Notes: generated by a model from the sequence alone, not told the origin. DNA of 64,000 bases from Candidatus Lindowbacteria bacterium RIFCSPLOWO2_12_FULL_62_27 (GCA_001784175.1 MFPR01000006.1:1-64000), one strand, 5' to 3'. Positions 53,472 through 63,219 are shown, counted from the stretch's first letter. Numbers and translations: made by a program.

Positions 53472-56400
53472 ATGGCCGTTAAAACCTATAAAGCTCGAAT
53501 CCATTTTGAATCCCTTCTGAAAGAACCCGCACAGGATCCCGCTCGCTTTCCGAACCGGGCAGCCGAGCTTCGCCAGTTGCTCTGGGATACGCACCGGGCT
53601 TTCAATCAGGGCGTCCGATATTTGATGCAGGAGCTGGTCTTGATGCGTCGTGGCGCCGGCGTCTGGAGAGAAAATTCATATGGAGTATGGAGGGAATGGG
53701 ACAAAATAAAAACATACGATCAGATTGTGGATATTCGCCGACGCATGTCCGCAACCCCGTCGTCAGTCCGTCTTTTGGAAAATCGGGAGCTTCTCGACCG
53801 ATTCCGTCAGGTTGTAAAATCTGAGTCGGAGGCGGTTGAATTGGCGAATGCGTGTTCCGTGATTTTTGATGCGATTTGCCAGCCGGCGGAAGATGGAGAA
53901 CTGGTTCAAATGCCGCGTGATGATCTGGATTTGCTGACCAACCTAAATTCAACTGCAAAGGGAATCCGGGAACGGGGTAAAACCAAAGAAGGGACGGACA
54001 AGAAAAAATCAGGACGAAAATCGTCATGGCCGATGGACAAGGCTGCATGGGAAACGGCGAAAACCTCCGATAGTTCGGCGCATTTTTTAGAGAAGTTGAA
54101 ACAGCACCCGGATTTAAAGGATGCGTTCGGAAACCTCAGTAGTGGTGGCTCGAAAAAACTGGAATATTATAAAAAACTTGCCGGCTCCGCGCCGTGGAAG
54201 GAGTCTCAATCCGTCATTTTGGAGAAAGCCGCGCGATGGAAAGAGGCGAAACAGGAGCGTGAAGAAAAGGAGCAAGATTCTTCCGAGCATGGTTCCAAGG
54301 CCGCTTATCGGCGGTTGTTTGACGCCGGCTGTCTGCCGATGCCTGAGTTTGCGAAATATATCGATGAGAACCAAATTGAATTTGGCGACCTGAAACTTAG
54401 TGATTGCGGGGCGGAATGGAAGCGCGGCATGTGGAATCAGGCGGGCCAGCGGGTGCGAAGTCACATGGGATGGCAGCGCCGGCGCGAAAAAGAAAATGCC
54501 GTCTATTCTTTAAGAAAGGAACTATTCGAAAAGGGCGGCGCCATTCGACGCAAGAAATCCGAAGAACTGACGCCGGAGGACATTTTACCCGGTAAGGCGG
54601 CTCCAGACCAGAATGATTGGCAGGAGCGGCCTGCCTATGGAAATCAGATGTGGTTCATCGGTCTGCGTTCCTATGAAGAAAATGAAATGGCCAAATATGC
54701 GGAAGAGGCCGGGATGGGTTCGCGGTCTGCTCCGCGAATTCGAAGGGGCACGATCAAAGGCTGGTCGAAGCTCCGCGAACGCTGGCTGCAGATTTTGAAA
54801 AGGAATCCGCAAGCGACTCGTGACGATCTGATCGGCGAGCTAAATGCCCTGCGCTCTCAAGACCCGCGGGCGTATGGCGACGCGCGGTTGTTTGATTGGT
54901 TGTCCAAGACGGATCAGAGATTTTTATGGGACGGTTTCGATGCGGATGGAAAAATTTTATGCGGGAGGGACGATCGTGACTGCGTCTCGGCATTTGTGGC
55001 GTATAACGAAGAATTCGCGGATGAGCCTTCGTCGATCACCTTGACGGAAACGGATGAACGTCTTCATCCCGTGTGGCCGTTTTTCGGCGAATCCTCGGCA
55101 GTGCCATACGAGATCGAATATGATTTGGAAACCGCTTGTCCGACGGCTATTCGATTACCCCTGCTGGTTGGCAAGGAGAACGGCGGATATGCGGAGAGAC
55201 AGGGGACTCGGTTGCCGCTTGCAGAATATGCGGATTTGGCCAGCAGTTTTCAATTGCCCACGCCTGTGCGGCTTGACGTCCTTGTAGAAATTCGAGAAGT
55301 CACAAGAGCCGGCAGGAAAGTGACATGCCCCTTTTCGTATTTTAAGCAGAATGGTGTTTGGTATGTCCGAGAGGGGGAGATTCCATCCGGAGAATCAATC
55401 CAGATCAAACAGACGGACCGCAAAATTGAAAATGGAAAAATATTCATTTCCTCCAAACTGCGAATGGCGTACCGGGACGATCTCATGGTGTCGCCTGCAA
55501 CCGGAGATTTTGGGAGCATCAAAATTCTTTGGGAGAGAATCGAACTGGCGTCGCATGTCGATCAGAAAAAACTGCCGGAAACAGCTCCCGCGCGTTCACG
55601 CGTTTTTGTCTCGTTCAGTTGCAATGTCGTGGAGCGGGCGCCGCGCAAACAACTGACCCGAAAGCCAGACGCCGTTGTGGTGACCATTCCAAGCGGTGTG
55701 GATCAGGGACTGGTTGTCGTCTCGACTGATGTCAGGACAGGGAAATCCAAATCTTCTTCCGCGCCGCCACTGCCGCCGGGATCGCGCTTATGGCCTGCCG
55801 ATGCCGTTCATGGTGATCCGCCTCTTCGTATTTTGAGTGTGGATTTAGGGCATCGTCATTCAGCCTATGCGGTGTGGGAGCTGGGTCTTCAGCAAAAGTC
55901 ATGGCGGGCCGGAGTCTTGAAGGGATCTACTCAAACTCCTGTTTATGCGGATTGTACGGGAACGGGACTGCTTTGCCTGCCGGGTGATGGAGAAGATACG
56001 CCGGCGGAGGAAGAATCCTTGCGTTTACGATCGCGGCAGATTCGCAGGCGGTTGAACCTGCAAAACTCCATCTTGCGCGTGTCGCGTCTTTTGTCGTTGG
56101 ATAAATTTGAAAAAACGATTTTTGAGCAGAGCGATGTCAGGGACAGGCCCAATAAAAAGGGATTGCGGATTCGCAGGCGTTGTCGCACAGAAAAAACTCC
56201 GCTCAGCGAGGCGGAAGTTCGGAAGAATTGTGACAAGGCCGCCGAGATATTGATCCGATGGGCTGATACGGACGCCATGGCCAAGTCGTTGGCGGCGACA
56301 GGGAACGCAGATATTTCATTCTGGAAATATATGGCAGTGAAAAATCCGCCGCTGTCGGCCGTTGTTGATGTGGCGCCATCGACGATTGTCCCTGACGATG

Positions 56401-58004
56401 GCCCGGATCGAGAAACGCTGAAAAAGAAACGGCAGGAGGAGGAAGAGAAATTCGCCTCCAGCATTTATGAGAATCGGGTGAAACTGGCCGGGGCTTTATG
56501 TTCCGGCTATGATGCCGATCATCGGCGGCCGGCGACAGGAGGATTATGGCATGATCTCGACCGAACATTGATTCGTGAAATCAGTTACGGGGACAGGGGC
56601 CAAAAAGGCAATCCGAGGAAGTTGAACAATGAAGGGATCCTTCGGCTTTTGCGCCGCCCACCCCGTGCCAGGCCTGATTGGCGTGAGTTTCATAGAACGT
56701 TAAATGACGCCAATCGGATTCCCAAGGGCCGGACTCTGCGAGGCGGACTGTCGATGGGCCGGTTAAACTTTCTGAAAGAAGTTGGTGATTTTGTCAAAAA
56801 GTGGTCATGCCGGCCGCGTTGGCCTGGTGATCGCCGCCATATTCCGCCCGGCCAACTATTTGATCGACAGGATGCCGAGCATCTGGAGCATCTCCGGGAC
56901 GACCGGATCAAACGTCTGGCGCATTTGATCGTCGCGCAGGCGCTTGGATTTGAACCGGACATCCGGCGTGGGTTGTGGAAATATGTGGACGGGTCGACCG
57001 GGGAAATATTGTGGCAGCATCCTGAAACGAGGCGCTTTTTCGCAGAAGGCGCCGCGGGTGAATTGCGGGAAGTCTCGCGGCCGGCTGAAATAGATGACGA
57101 TGCCGCGGCAAGACCCCACACGGTTTCAGCGCCGGCTCATATTGTAGTCTTCGAAAATCTCATCCGGTATCGATTCCAGTCGGACAGGCCGAAGACCGAG
57201 AACGCCGGCCTCATGCAGTGGGCGCACCGGCAGATCGTGCATTTCACCAAACAAGTGGCGTCTCTTTATGGCCTGAAAGTGGCCATGGTCTATGCGGCGT
57301 TCTCATCCAAATTTTGTTCACGTTGCGGTTCGCCGGGCGCCCGCGTCAGCCGTTTTGATCCTGCATGGAGAAATCAAGAATGGTTTAAACGTCGAACTTC
57401 GAATCCGCGAAGCAAGGTCGACCATTCGTTAAAGCGGGCATCGGAAGATCCAACGGCAGATGAAACCCGGCCGTGGGTTCTGATCGAAGGAGGCAAAGAA
57501 TTTGTATGCGCCAATGCCAAATGTTCTGCGCATGATGAACCATTAAATGCCGATGAAAATGCGGCGGCGAATATCGGACTGCGTTTTCTTCGGGGTGTCG
57601 AAGACTTCCGTACAAAGGTTAATCCGGCGGGAGCTCTCAAAGGGAAACTCAGATTCGAAACGGGAATCCATTCATTTCGACCGCCTGTGTCGGGATCGCC
57701 GTTCTGGAGCCCGATGGCAGAGCCGGCGCAAAAAAAGAAAATCGGAGCGGCGGCGCCCGGAGCGGATGTTGACGAAGCCGGGGATGCGGATGAAAGTGGC
57801 GTTGTGGTTTTGTTCCGTGATCCAAGCGGCGCCTTTCGGAACAAGCAATACTGGTATGAAGGCAAGATATTCTGGTCAAATGTCATGATGGCGGTCGAGG
57901 CCAAAATTGCGGGGGCAAGTGTTGGCGCAAAGCCTGTGGCGGCATCCTGGGGCCAAGCTCAACCGCAAAGCGGACCCGGACTCGCCAAACCAGGAGGTGA
58001 CTGA
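53472..58004 (+). CDS. cas12b: Type V-B effector Cas12b (C2c1), 1510 aa
   Basis: MAVK..K...LW.TH..FN.GVRY N-terminus; HPVW; RuvC SVDLG (D791), VFENL (E1228), NADENAA (D1361); GGLS..RL; next to cas4/1, cas2 and the array. Confidence 0.92.
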   Translation: MAVKTYKARIHFESLLKEPAQDPARFPNRAAELRQLLWDTHRAFNQGVRYLMQELVLMRRGAGVWRENSYGVWREWDKIKTYDQIVDIRRRMSATPSSVRLLENRELLDRFRQVVKSESEAVELANACSVIFDAICQPAEDGELVQMPRDDLDLLTNLNSTAKGIRERGKTKEGTDKKKSGRKSSWPMDKAAWETAKTSDSSAHFLEKLKQHPDLKDAFGNLSSGGSKKLEYYKKLAGSAPWKESQSVILEKAARWKEAKQEREEKEQDSSEHGSKAAYRRLFDAGCLPMPEFAKYIDENQIEFGDLKLSDCGAEWKRGMWNQAGQRVRSHMGWQRRREKENAVYSLRKELFEKGGAIRRKKSEELTPEDILPGKAAPDQNDWQERPAYGNQMWFIGLRSYEENEMAKYAEEAGMGSRSAPRIRRGTIKGWSKLRERWLQILKRNPQATRDDLIGELNALRSQDPRAYGDARLFDWLSKTDQRFLWDGFDADGKILCGRDDRDCVSAFVAYNEEFADEPSSITLTETDERLHPVWPFFGESSAVPYEIEYDLETACPTAIRLPLLVGKENGGYAERQGTRLPLAEYADLASSFQLPTPVRLDVLVEIREVTRAGRKVTCPFSYFKQNGVWYVREGEIPSGESIQIKQTDRKIENGKIFISSKLRMAYRDDLMVSPATGDFGSIKILWERIELASHVDQKKLPETAPARSRVFVSFSCNVVERAPRKQLTRKPDAVVVTIPSGVDQGLVVVSTDVRTGKSKSSSAPPLPPGSRLWPADAVHGDPPLRILSVDLGHRHSAYAVWELGLQQKSWRAGVLKGSTQTPVYADCTGTGLLCLPGDGEDTPAEEESLRLRSRQIRRRLNLQNSILRVSRLLSLDKFEKTIFEQSDVRDRPNKKGLRIRRRCRTEKTPLSEAEVRKNCDKAAEILIRWADTDAMAKSLAATGNADISFWKYMAVKNPPLSAVVDVAPSTIVPDDGPDRETLKKKRQEEEEKFASSIYENRVKLAGALCSGYDADHRRPATGGLWHDLDRTLIREISYGDRGQKGNPRKLNNEGILRLLRRPPRARPDWREFHRTLNDANRIPKGRTLRGGLSMGRLNFLKEVGDFVKKWSCRPRWPGDRRHIPPGQLFDRQDAEHLEHLRDDRIKRLAHLIVAQALGFEPDIRRGLWKYVDGSTGEILWQHPETRRFFAEGAAGELREVSRPAEIDDDAAARPHTVSAPAHIVVFENLIRYRFQSDRPKTENAGLMQWAHRQIVHFTKQVASLYGLKVAMVYAAFSSKFCSRCGSPGARVSRFDPAWRNQEWFKRRTSNPRSKVDHSLKRASEDPTADETRPWVLIEGGKEFVCANAKCSAHDEPLNADENAAANIGLRFLRGVEDFRTKVNPAGALKGKLRFETGIHSFRPPVSGSPFWSPMAEPAQKKKIGAAAPGADVDEAGDADESGVVVLFRDPSGAFRNKQYWYEGKIFWSNVMMAVEAKIAGASVGAKPVAASWGQAQPQSGPGLAKPGGD

Positions 58005-58021
58005 TAGAATGACGGCGTCAT

Positions 58022-58306
58022 ATGAGAATTAAAGGCCTGATCTGGCTGGAAGAATATATCGATAAACTCGAGCACAAGCACCAATTGACGCAGGAGGAAG
58101 TCAGAGAGATTTTCAAAAACCAGCCTCGTTTCCGATATGTTGAAAAAGGCGCCCAAGAGGGGGAGAATGTGTATGTGGCGAAGGGGCAGACGGAGGCGGG
58201 TCGGTATGTGAGTGTGTTTTTTATTTATAAAAAAACGGGCTGGGCATTGGTTATCTCAGCGCGAGAGATGAAACCGAAGGAGAAAAAGAGATATGAAAAA
58301 AGGTAG
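58022..58306 (+). CDS. BrnT family toxin
   Basis: W......KL..KH.L..EE..E.F...G.T..GR......VISAR.M..KE...Y. Confidence 0.85.
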   Translation: MRIKGLIWLEEYIDKLEHKHQLTQEEVREIFKNQPRFRYVEKGAQEGENVYVAKGQTEAGRYVSVFFIYKKTGWALVISAREMKPKEKKRYEKR

Positions 58307-58568
58307 AGGTTCGATTTCTGGAGGTAAAACGTACAAGCAGATCGGCGAGTTTTGGGACACGCACGATCTTGGCGACTATTGGGCCCGGACACGACCCGCA
58401 TCCTTCGAAGTCGATCTCCAAGCCGAAATGACGTATTGTCCCCTGGAAAGGGATTTGTCGAAGAAAATCCGTTCCATCGCCCAGCGGCAGGGCGTTACGC
58501 CCGATACGCTGGTGAATCTGTGGTTGCAAGAAAAAGTGCAGACGCAAGTTCAGGAGAAGATGGCATAG
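58293..58568 (+). CDS. BrnA/CopG-type antitoxin
   Basis: EFWDTHD..DY followed by RHH-like IA...GV....LVN.WL.E; overlaps the toxin gene. Confidence 0.85.
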   Translation: MKKGRGSISGGKTYKQIGEFWDTHDLGDYWARTRPASFEVDLQAEMTYCPLERDLSKKIRSIAQRQGVTPDTLVNLWLQEKVQTQVQEKMA

Positions 58569-58689
58569 GACAAGCCAAAAATTCCGCTTGACGGTTGCCG
58601 GGCCATATCGATTTTTGCGCGGATGCGCTCAGACTCGAAGGGACACCCGTTGCGGCATAGGGCCGATGATGAAAAGATGAGAAAGAGTT

Positions 58690-58860
58690 ATTTGTTTTCA
58701 CTCAAAGTGTGTCTTCGGCCTCCCAGGCATGGCACAGCCTAGCCGAATTCGGGGGTGTTAGGTTCACGGTCTATTGGCCGTGAACTTAATCCCGCCTAAC
58801 CGCGGGACGACTGAGTGGAGTCAGCTGTTATGAGGAGGATTTTCAAAGCAGGTGTCCAGA
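58690..58860 (+). ncRNA. Putative Cas12b tracrRNA (ends approximate)
   Basis: Anti-repeat GCTGTTATGAGGAGGA (58824-58839) pairs 15/16 with the repeat; GTGTC (58709-58713) is complementary to the repeat 3' end; closing stem TTCACTCA/TGAGTGGA; three internal hairpins. Confidence 0.75.
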
Positions 58861-59056
58861 GGACCGGGCGAGGGGCAAGGTGATAGTTGTTTGTTGCCGA
58901 TCCCTCGCATGTTCGATAAGTGGCTCATCACCTGTTGGATGCCGTGGTCTTTCACATTTTGTGCGGACGGAGATAGCGCTTCGTGACCCGATCGCAAGGG
59001 CCATTCTCGCAGTCCCGAACGCATCTTATTGAGTATGTGTGAGACACGACGAGGCT

Positions 59057-59677
59057 GAGGAAATTTCCTCCTCACAACAGCGGGCTTGGACACTACGGAG
59101 ATAGTCACGGATTGTCTCCTGTGTTGTGAGGAAATTTCCTCCTCACAACAGCGGGCTTGGACACGGATCATCCTCTGGTCAACGGGTCTTTGGATCGTCG
59201 TGAGGAAATTTCCTCCTCACAACAGCGGGCTTGGACACAATTCCTTTACGATCTGGCCACAGCATCAGGCCACGGAGGAAATTTCCTCCTCACAACAGCG
59301 GGCTTGGACACAGCCCGCCGCCGACCTCGGCCAGCACCGGCGCGGTGAGAGGAAATTTCCTCCTCACAACAGCGGGCTTGGACACTTTCTTTTCCATGCT
59401 CGATACTCCTTCATCGACATGAGGAAATTTCCTCCTCACAACAGCGGGCTTGGACACTTATGACATAACCCGGACTAGCATTGTCTGTTAGTTGAGGAAA
59501 TTTCCTCCTCACAACAGCGGGCTTGGACACGCGTTGCAGTAACTGCGATATGCAGTTGCCCGATATGAGGAAATTTCCTCCTCACAACAGCGGGCTTGGA
59601 CACTCTAAACCTACATCTTCTCTACCTAATCATCCACGAGGAGGAAATTTCCTCCTCACAACAGCGGGCTTGGACAC
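59057..59677 (+). CRISPR. CRISPR array: 9 identical 37-bp repeats GAGGAAATTTCCTCCTCACAACAGCGGGCTTGGACAC and 8 spacers of 34-37 bp
   Basis: Repeats start at 59057, 59128, 59202, 59275, 59349, 59421, 59494, 59567 and 59641. Orientation inferred from the Cas12b-like ..GGACAC 3' end and the anti-repeat. Confidence 0.98.
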
Positions 59678-59796
59678 AGAAATTTTTCGTGCCAGTATTT
59701 CCCGGCTGGCAGGCCGTGCGGCGAGGGGCCGCCTGAGATCGCGGGTGGTGGACTCGCTCTCGCGTGTCCTTGACCGCCTATCATGTGGTTGATTTT

Positions 59797-61454
59797 ATGC
59801 TGGGGATGAATCAGGAATTGGAGCAAGCCCGGCTTGAAATCGAGAGACTGAAAAATGAAAACGCGGAACTTCGAAAAACGCTGGGATTGCTGCCTGCCGA
59901 ACCACAGCCCCACCTCGAAATGGGCATTCGCGAAGTTGTGATCGATTCCATGCCATTGCCCTCAATGACAAAAGATTCGCCTACAAAAGAAAAAGTCGCG
60001 TTGTTCCGAATGCTTTTCAGAGGCAGGGACGATGTATATGCGCTCCGTTGGGAGAATGAACGAACAGGCAAGAGAGGTTATTCCCCGGTGCGCGAGGGAG
60101 GGGCGGTCGGGAAAGCGGCCAGGTCAAAAAAATGTTTGCCGCTGACGGATCGGGCCGTCCAGGATCATTTGTCCGGCGAGAAGATCATCGGCGCCTATCC
60201 GCTGCTCTTGGACAATACTTGCTGGTTTCTTGCATGCGATTTTGACAAGGAGGGGTGGACGCTGGATTCGCCGGCATATCTGAATGTCTGCAATCGATAT
60301 GGAGTGCCGGCCTGTCTGGAGCGATCGCGGTCGGGTAATGGCGGCCATGTGTGGATTTTTTTTTTTCGTCACCCATTTCGGCGACTTCGGCCAGACAGTT
60401 GGGGATGCGATTGCTTCGAGAAACAATGGTTGTGCGCGGCGAGATGGATCTCGCCAGTTACGACCGATTTTTTCCGAATCAGGACTTTGTCCCCAAAGGC
60501 GGATTTGGAAATCTCATCGCCCTGCCGCTCCAGAAGAAATGCCGGCAGCTTGGAAACACGGAATTCGTAAACCCGCAGGATTCGGTTCTTCGGCCATGGT
60601 CGGACCAGTGGGCTTTTCTAAGCCAGGTCAAACGGATTTCCCCTATCCATGTAGATGCCTTGCTTGAAACAATCCCGCCTATCGCCGTGGGGTTGGGATC
60701 TGCGGCCAGGGGTTCCGCCGAATTGCGCCGCATCCTCGGCCTCACGGCAACACCATACCGCCGTGACGGATTGCAAGGGATAATCGAGATGCAGTGTGGT
60801 CCGATCCGATACCGGATGCCGTCGGCGAAAAGCGGCATGACGGTCCATTTGATCGAGAGGCCGACAAATTTTTCATACCACTCGTTCGATCTCGCGAGTC
60901 CGGCCATACAGGATATTTTTGGCGCTCTGGTCAAAGACAATTCCCGAAATGCGCTGATCCTGGAGGATGTGCGGCAGGCGCTGTCACAGAAGGGGCATTG
61001 CCTGATGCTGACCCACAGAAAAGAGCATTGCCAATTGCTCGCTGAAGGGCTGGCCAGATCCGGCGTAAATCCATTTATACTGACCGGCGATCTAGGCAAA
61101 AAAGAACGGACAGCCATCATCAAGGAGATTCAGAATATGTCTTCCGACAAAGAATTCCTCATCATCGCCACAGGCCAGTACCTCGGCGAGGGATTCGACT
61201 GTCCGCAGGTCGACACACTTTTCCTGGCATTCCCCATTTCGTTCAAGGGCAATCTGGTTCAATACGTCGGGAGGACTCTGCGAACTCGCGAGGGCAAAGA
61301 GCGCGTTCGGATTTATGACTATGTGGACGCGGAAGTGCCCGTGCTCAAGAGAATGTTCGGCAAGCGCGTCAAGGCGTATAAATCTCTTGGTATCAGCGTG
61401 GATGACGAAGAGGAAGCATCGCAGAAATACACTTTACCGAATCTCGAATCTTAA
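59797..61454 (+). pseudogene. Frameshifted and internally deleted AEP-primase-like / SF2 helicase fusion
   Basis: CDFD...ERSRSGNGGHVWIFF, then a frameshift at a T11 run (60356-60366). Helicase motifs III-VI are present (GLTATP, EGFD.P, QYVGR) but Walker A and DEAH are missing. Confidence 0.8.
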
Positions 61455-61497
61455 ATTTGCTTTTAGGGTGATTCTGGCATATCAAACGAAATGTTGA

Positions 61498-62556
61498 TTA
61501 CCTCGGCCGATCGAGGTCGGTTCGCATTTGTCCGATTTTTCCGGCGTTGAATTTTTCCTCGACCGCTGCCAGGTGCGTCATCATCGCAGCGAAAGGCGGC
61601 GGCGTGGACATGAACATGTCCGTCATATCCCGGTAGTCTCGCTCGATCTGCTGACGCCGATCGGGTGCAGGCGCCAGATGGAAACTGCCGGGCATGGCCG
61701 TATCATAGTGCGCCCATGCCGAGCGGAAAAAAGACTGTTTGTGTTTGCGCACTCGGGTCAACAGGTCAATGTCCGCCAGGGCGCGTTCTCCGGCGGGATT
61801 TCGGCTCAAGCAATACATATCGTAATAGTGCCGCGAAATGCCGATGGCCGGCGGCTTGTCCGCGGGACGATGATACTCGGCATGCAGGATCGTCGCCTTC
61901 TCCCAGAAAGTTCGTTCGGCTTCGAGAGCGACAACCGGACACGATGCCGCGCGAAACAAGTCGGAGAAGACATCCGCCACGATCGGTGTAATCGTGTGAG
62001 CGGCCACCGGCCGCTGGTCGTAGAGCGCGCCAAATTCCAGTTTCACCTGTGGTCGCAGAGATCCCGTTATCTTGCCGGATCGAGGGTAAGCGAATAGGAT
62101 GACCGGTGAGTGCGTCGCGGCGTCCACTTCGAACTCAAGCGCTGACGCCTGCGTGCCGGGCAACTTGGCAGTAATGTGGCGGGCCAGGACAGGCATGAAG
62201 CGGTCGCGAACCACCGTAATGCAGGCCTCCTCAAGAACCTTGGTACGCTTGTCGTGCTGTGAACGACTGGATGCGGCGTCCGGCCGCATGTCCCCGCCGA
62301 AGCCAAGCCAATCAGGGTCGACGGCAAGGTCAATGTCTTCGGAAAAGCGCTGGATGATGCCAAATACTTTCGAGAGCGATGTGCCGCCTTTGAAAATCAG
62401 GCGACCTCCCAATTCGGGATCGGAAAAAATCACTCCGAGAAGCCAGCACACCCAGAAATCCTTTTCGACGATATGGCTGCCAATGCTCCGGCGGGCACCG
62501 GCTTCCTCAAACACTGCAGACTGCTCCGGGGTCGGTGTTCGCGCAAACTCAAGCAT
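61498..62556 (-). CDS. abiEii: AbiEii-family nucleotidyltransferase toxin (type IV TA)
   Basis: EKDFW, FKGGTSLSK, RFSEDIDL, RTFWEK..ILH, RHYYD. Confidence 0.92.
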   Translation of the reverse strand: MLEFARTPTPEQSAVFEEAGARRSIGSHIVEKDFWVCWLLGVIFSDPELGGRLIFKGGTSLSKVFGIIQRFSEDIDLAVDPDWLGFGGDMRPDAASSRSQHDKRTKVLEEACITVVRDRFMPVLARHITAKLPGTQASALEFEVDAATHSPVILFAYPRSGKITGSLRPQVKLEFGALYDQRPVAAHTITPIVADVFSDLFRAASCPVVALEAERTFWEKATILHAEYHRPADKPPAIGISRHYYDMYCLSRNPAGERALADIDLLTRVRKHKQSFFRSAWAHYDTAMPGSFHLAPAPDRRQQIERDYRDMTDMFMSTPPPFAAMMTHLAAVEEKFNAGKIGQMRTDLDRPR

Positions 62557-63163
62557 TCGGTGGTGTCCTCCGGCATATTTCCAATAGATATGGGCGCATC
62601 CACGCCGGCGCGCGGATACGGTCCTTCGTCAGACATTGCTTGTCTTTCGTGTCCAATTTTTTCCGGAGTATTCCAACATGCCGGCTGGTCAACCGATCTT
62701 TGCCGACAAACCTCAATGCCTGAATCACGATTCCGCTTGTGCGGCCGGCGGTCGCCATAGTTCGGGGTGTGGCGCGTTTCAAAATGATCTCCCGCCCGCC
62801 AATCTTCACGCGCCGGGATATCCCGTCCGTCAGATACACGATCCGGGCCGGGACCTGTTCGGACAAGCCAAGCAGGTTTGCGGCGAAAGCGCCGGATGGC
62901 TGCATTCGGATGGCCCGGCTTCTGGACAGGGCGCGGGCTATCGCATCCGGATCGGGCGCCATCTGACCGAGTCGGGGATGGATGCGAGGAAAGTCGTAAA
63001 GTCCCTGCGCCAAACGGCGGATGGCCTTGCGCCGGGCTTGGCGATGCAATGCCGTCCAAACCGCGCCGTCTCCGCCCAAGTCGGCAAAGTCGGCTGGTGT
63101 AAAGCACCAACCTCTGCCTCTACCTCGGATACGCGCGGCCATCATTTTTTCGATATGTTTCAT
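62549..63163 (-). CDS. abiEi: AbiEi-family antitoxin / transcriptional repressor (DUF6088-like)
   Basis: FTP.DF.DLG...AL.R....IRR..QGLY, AAN.LGLS.QVP, YLTDG; overlaps the toxin gene. Alternative start at 63178. Confidence 0.88.
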   Translation of the reverse strand: MKHIEKMMAARIRGRGRGWCFTPADFADLGGDGAVWTALHRQARRKAIRRLAQGLYDFPRIHPRLGQMAPDPDAIARALSRSRAIRMQPSGAFAANLLGLSEQVPARIVYLTDGISRRVKIGGREIILKRATPRTMATAGRTSGIVIQALRFVGKDRLTSRHVGILRKKLDTKDKQCLTKDRIRAPAWMRPYLLEICRRTPPNA

Positions 63164-63181
63164 GGATTTCGGCTCCATTTC

Positions 63182-63218
63182 TGTAAGGAATTATAATCAA
63201 TTTTCCTTACAAATGCAA
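63182..63218 (-). promoter_or_regulatory. abiE promoter with inverted-repeat operator
   Basis: Minus strand TTGCAT (63218-63213)-N17-TATAAT (63195-63190); inverted repeat TGTAAGGAA (63182-63190) / TTCCTTACA (63203-63211). Confidence 0.8.
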
Positions 63219-63219
63219 A

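Noticed and set aside
58967-58976. ACGGAGATAG shared by the leader and spacer 1 (possible self-targeting)
   Set aside because: Only 10 nt with no adjacent T-rich PAM; compatible with chance.
58821-59792. ORFs spanning the CRISPR array
   Set aside because: Translations of repeats and spacers.
63181-63186. CTGTAA match between the orphan-repeat guide and the abiE operator
   Set aside because: Six nt is too short to claim targeting.
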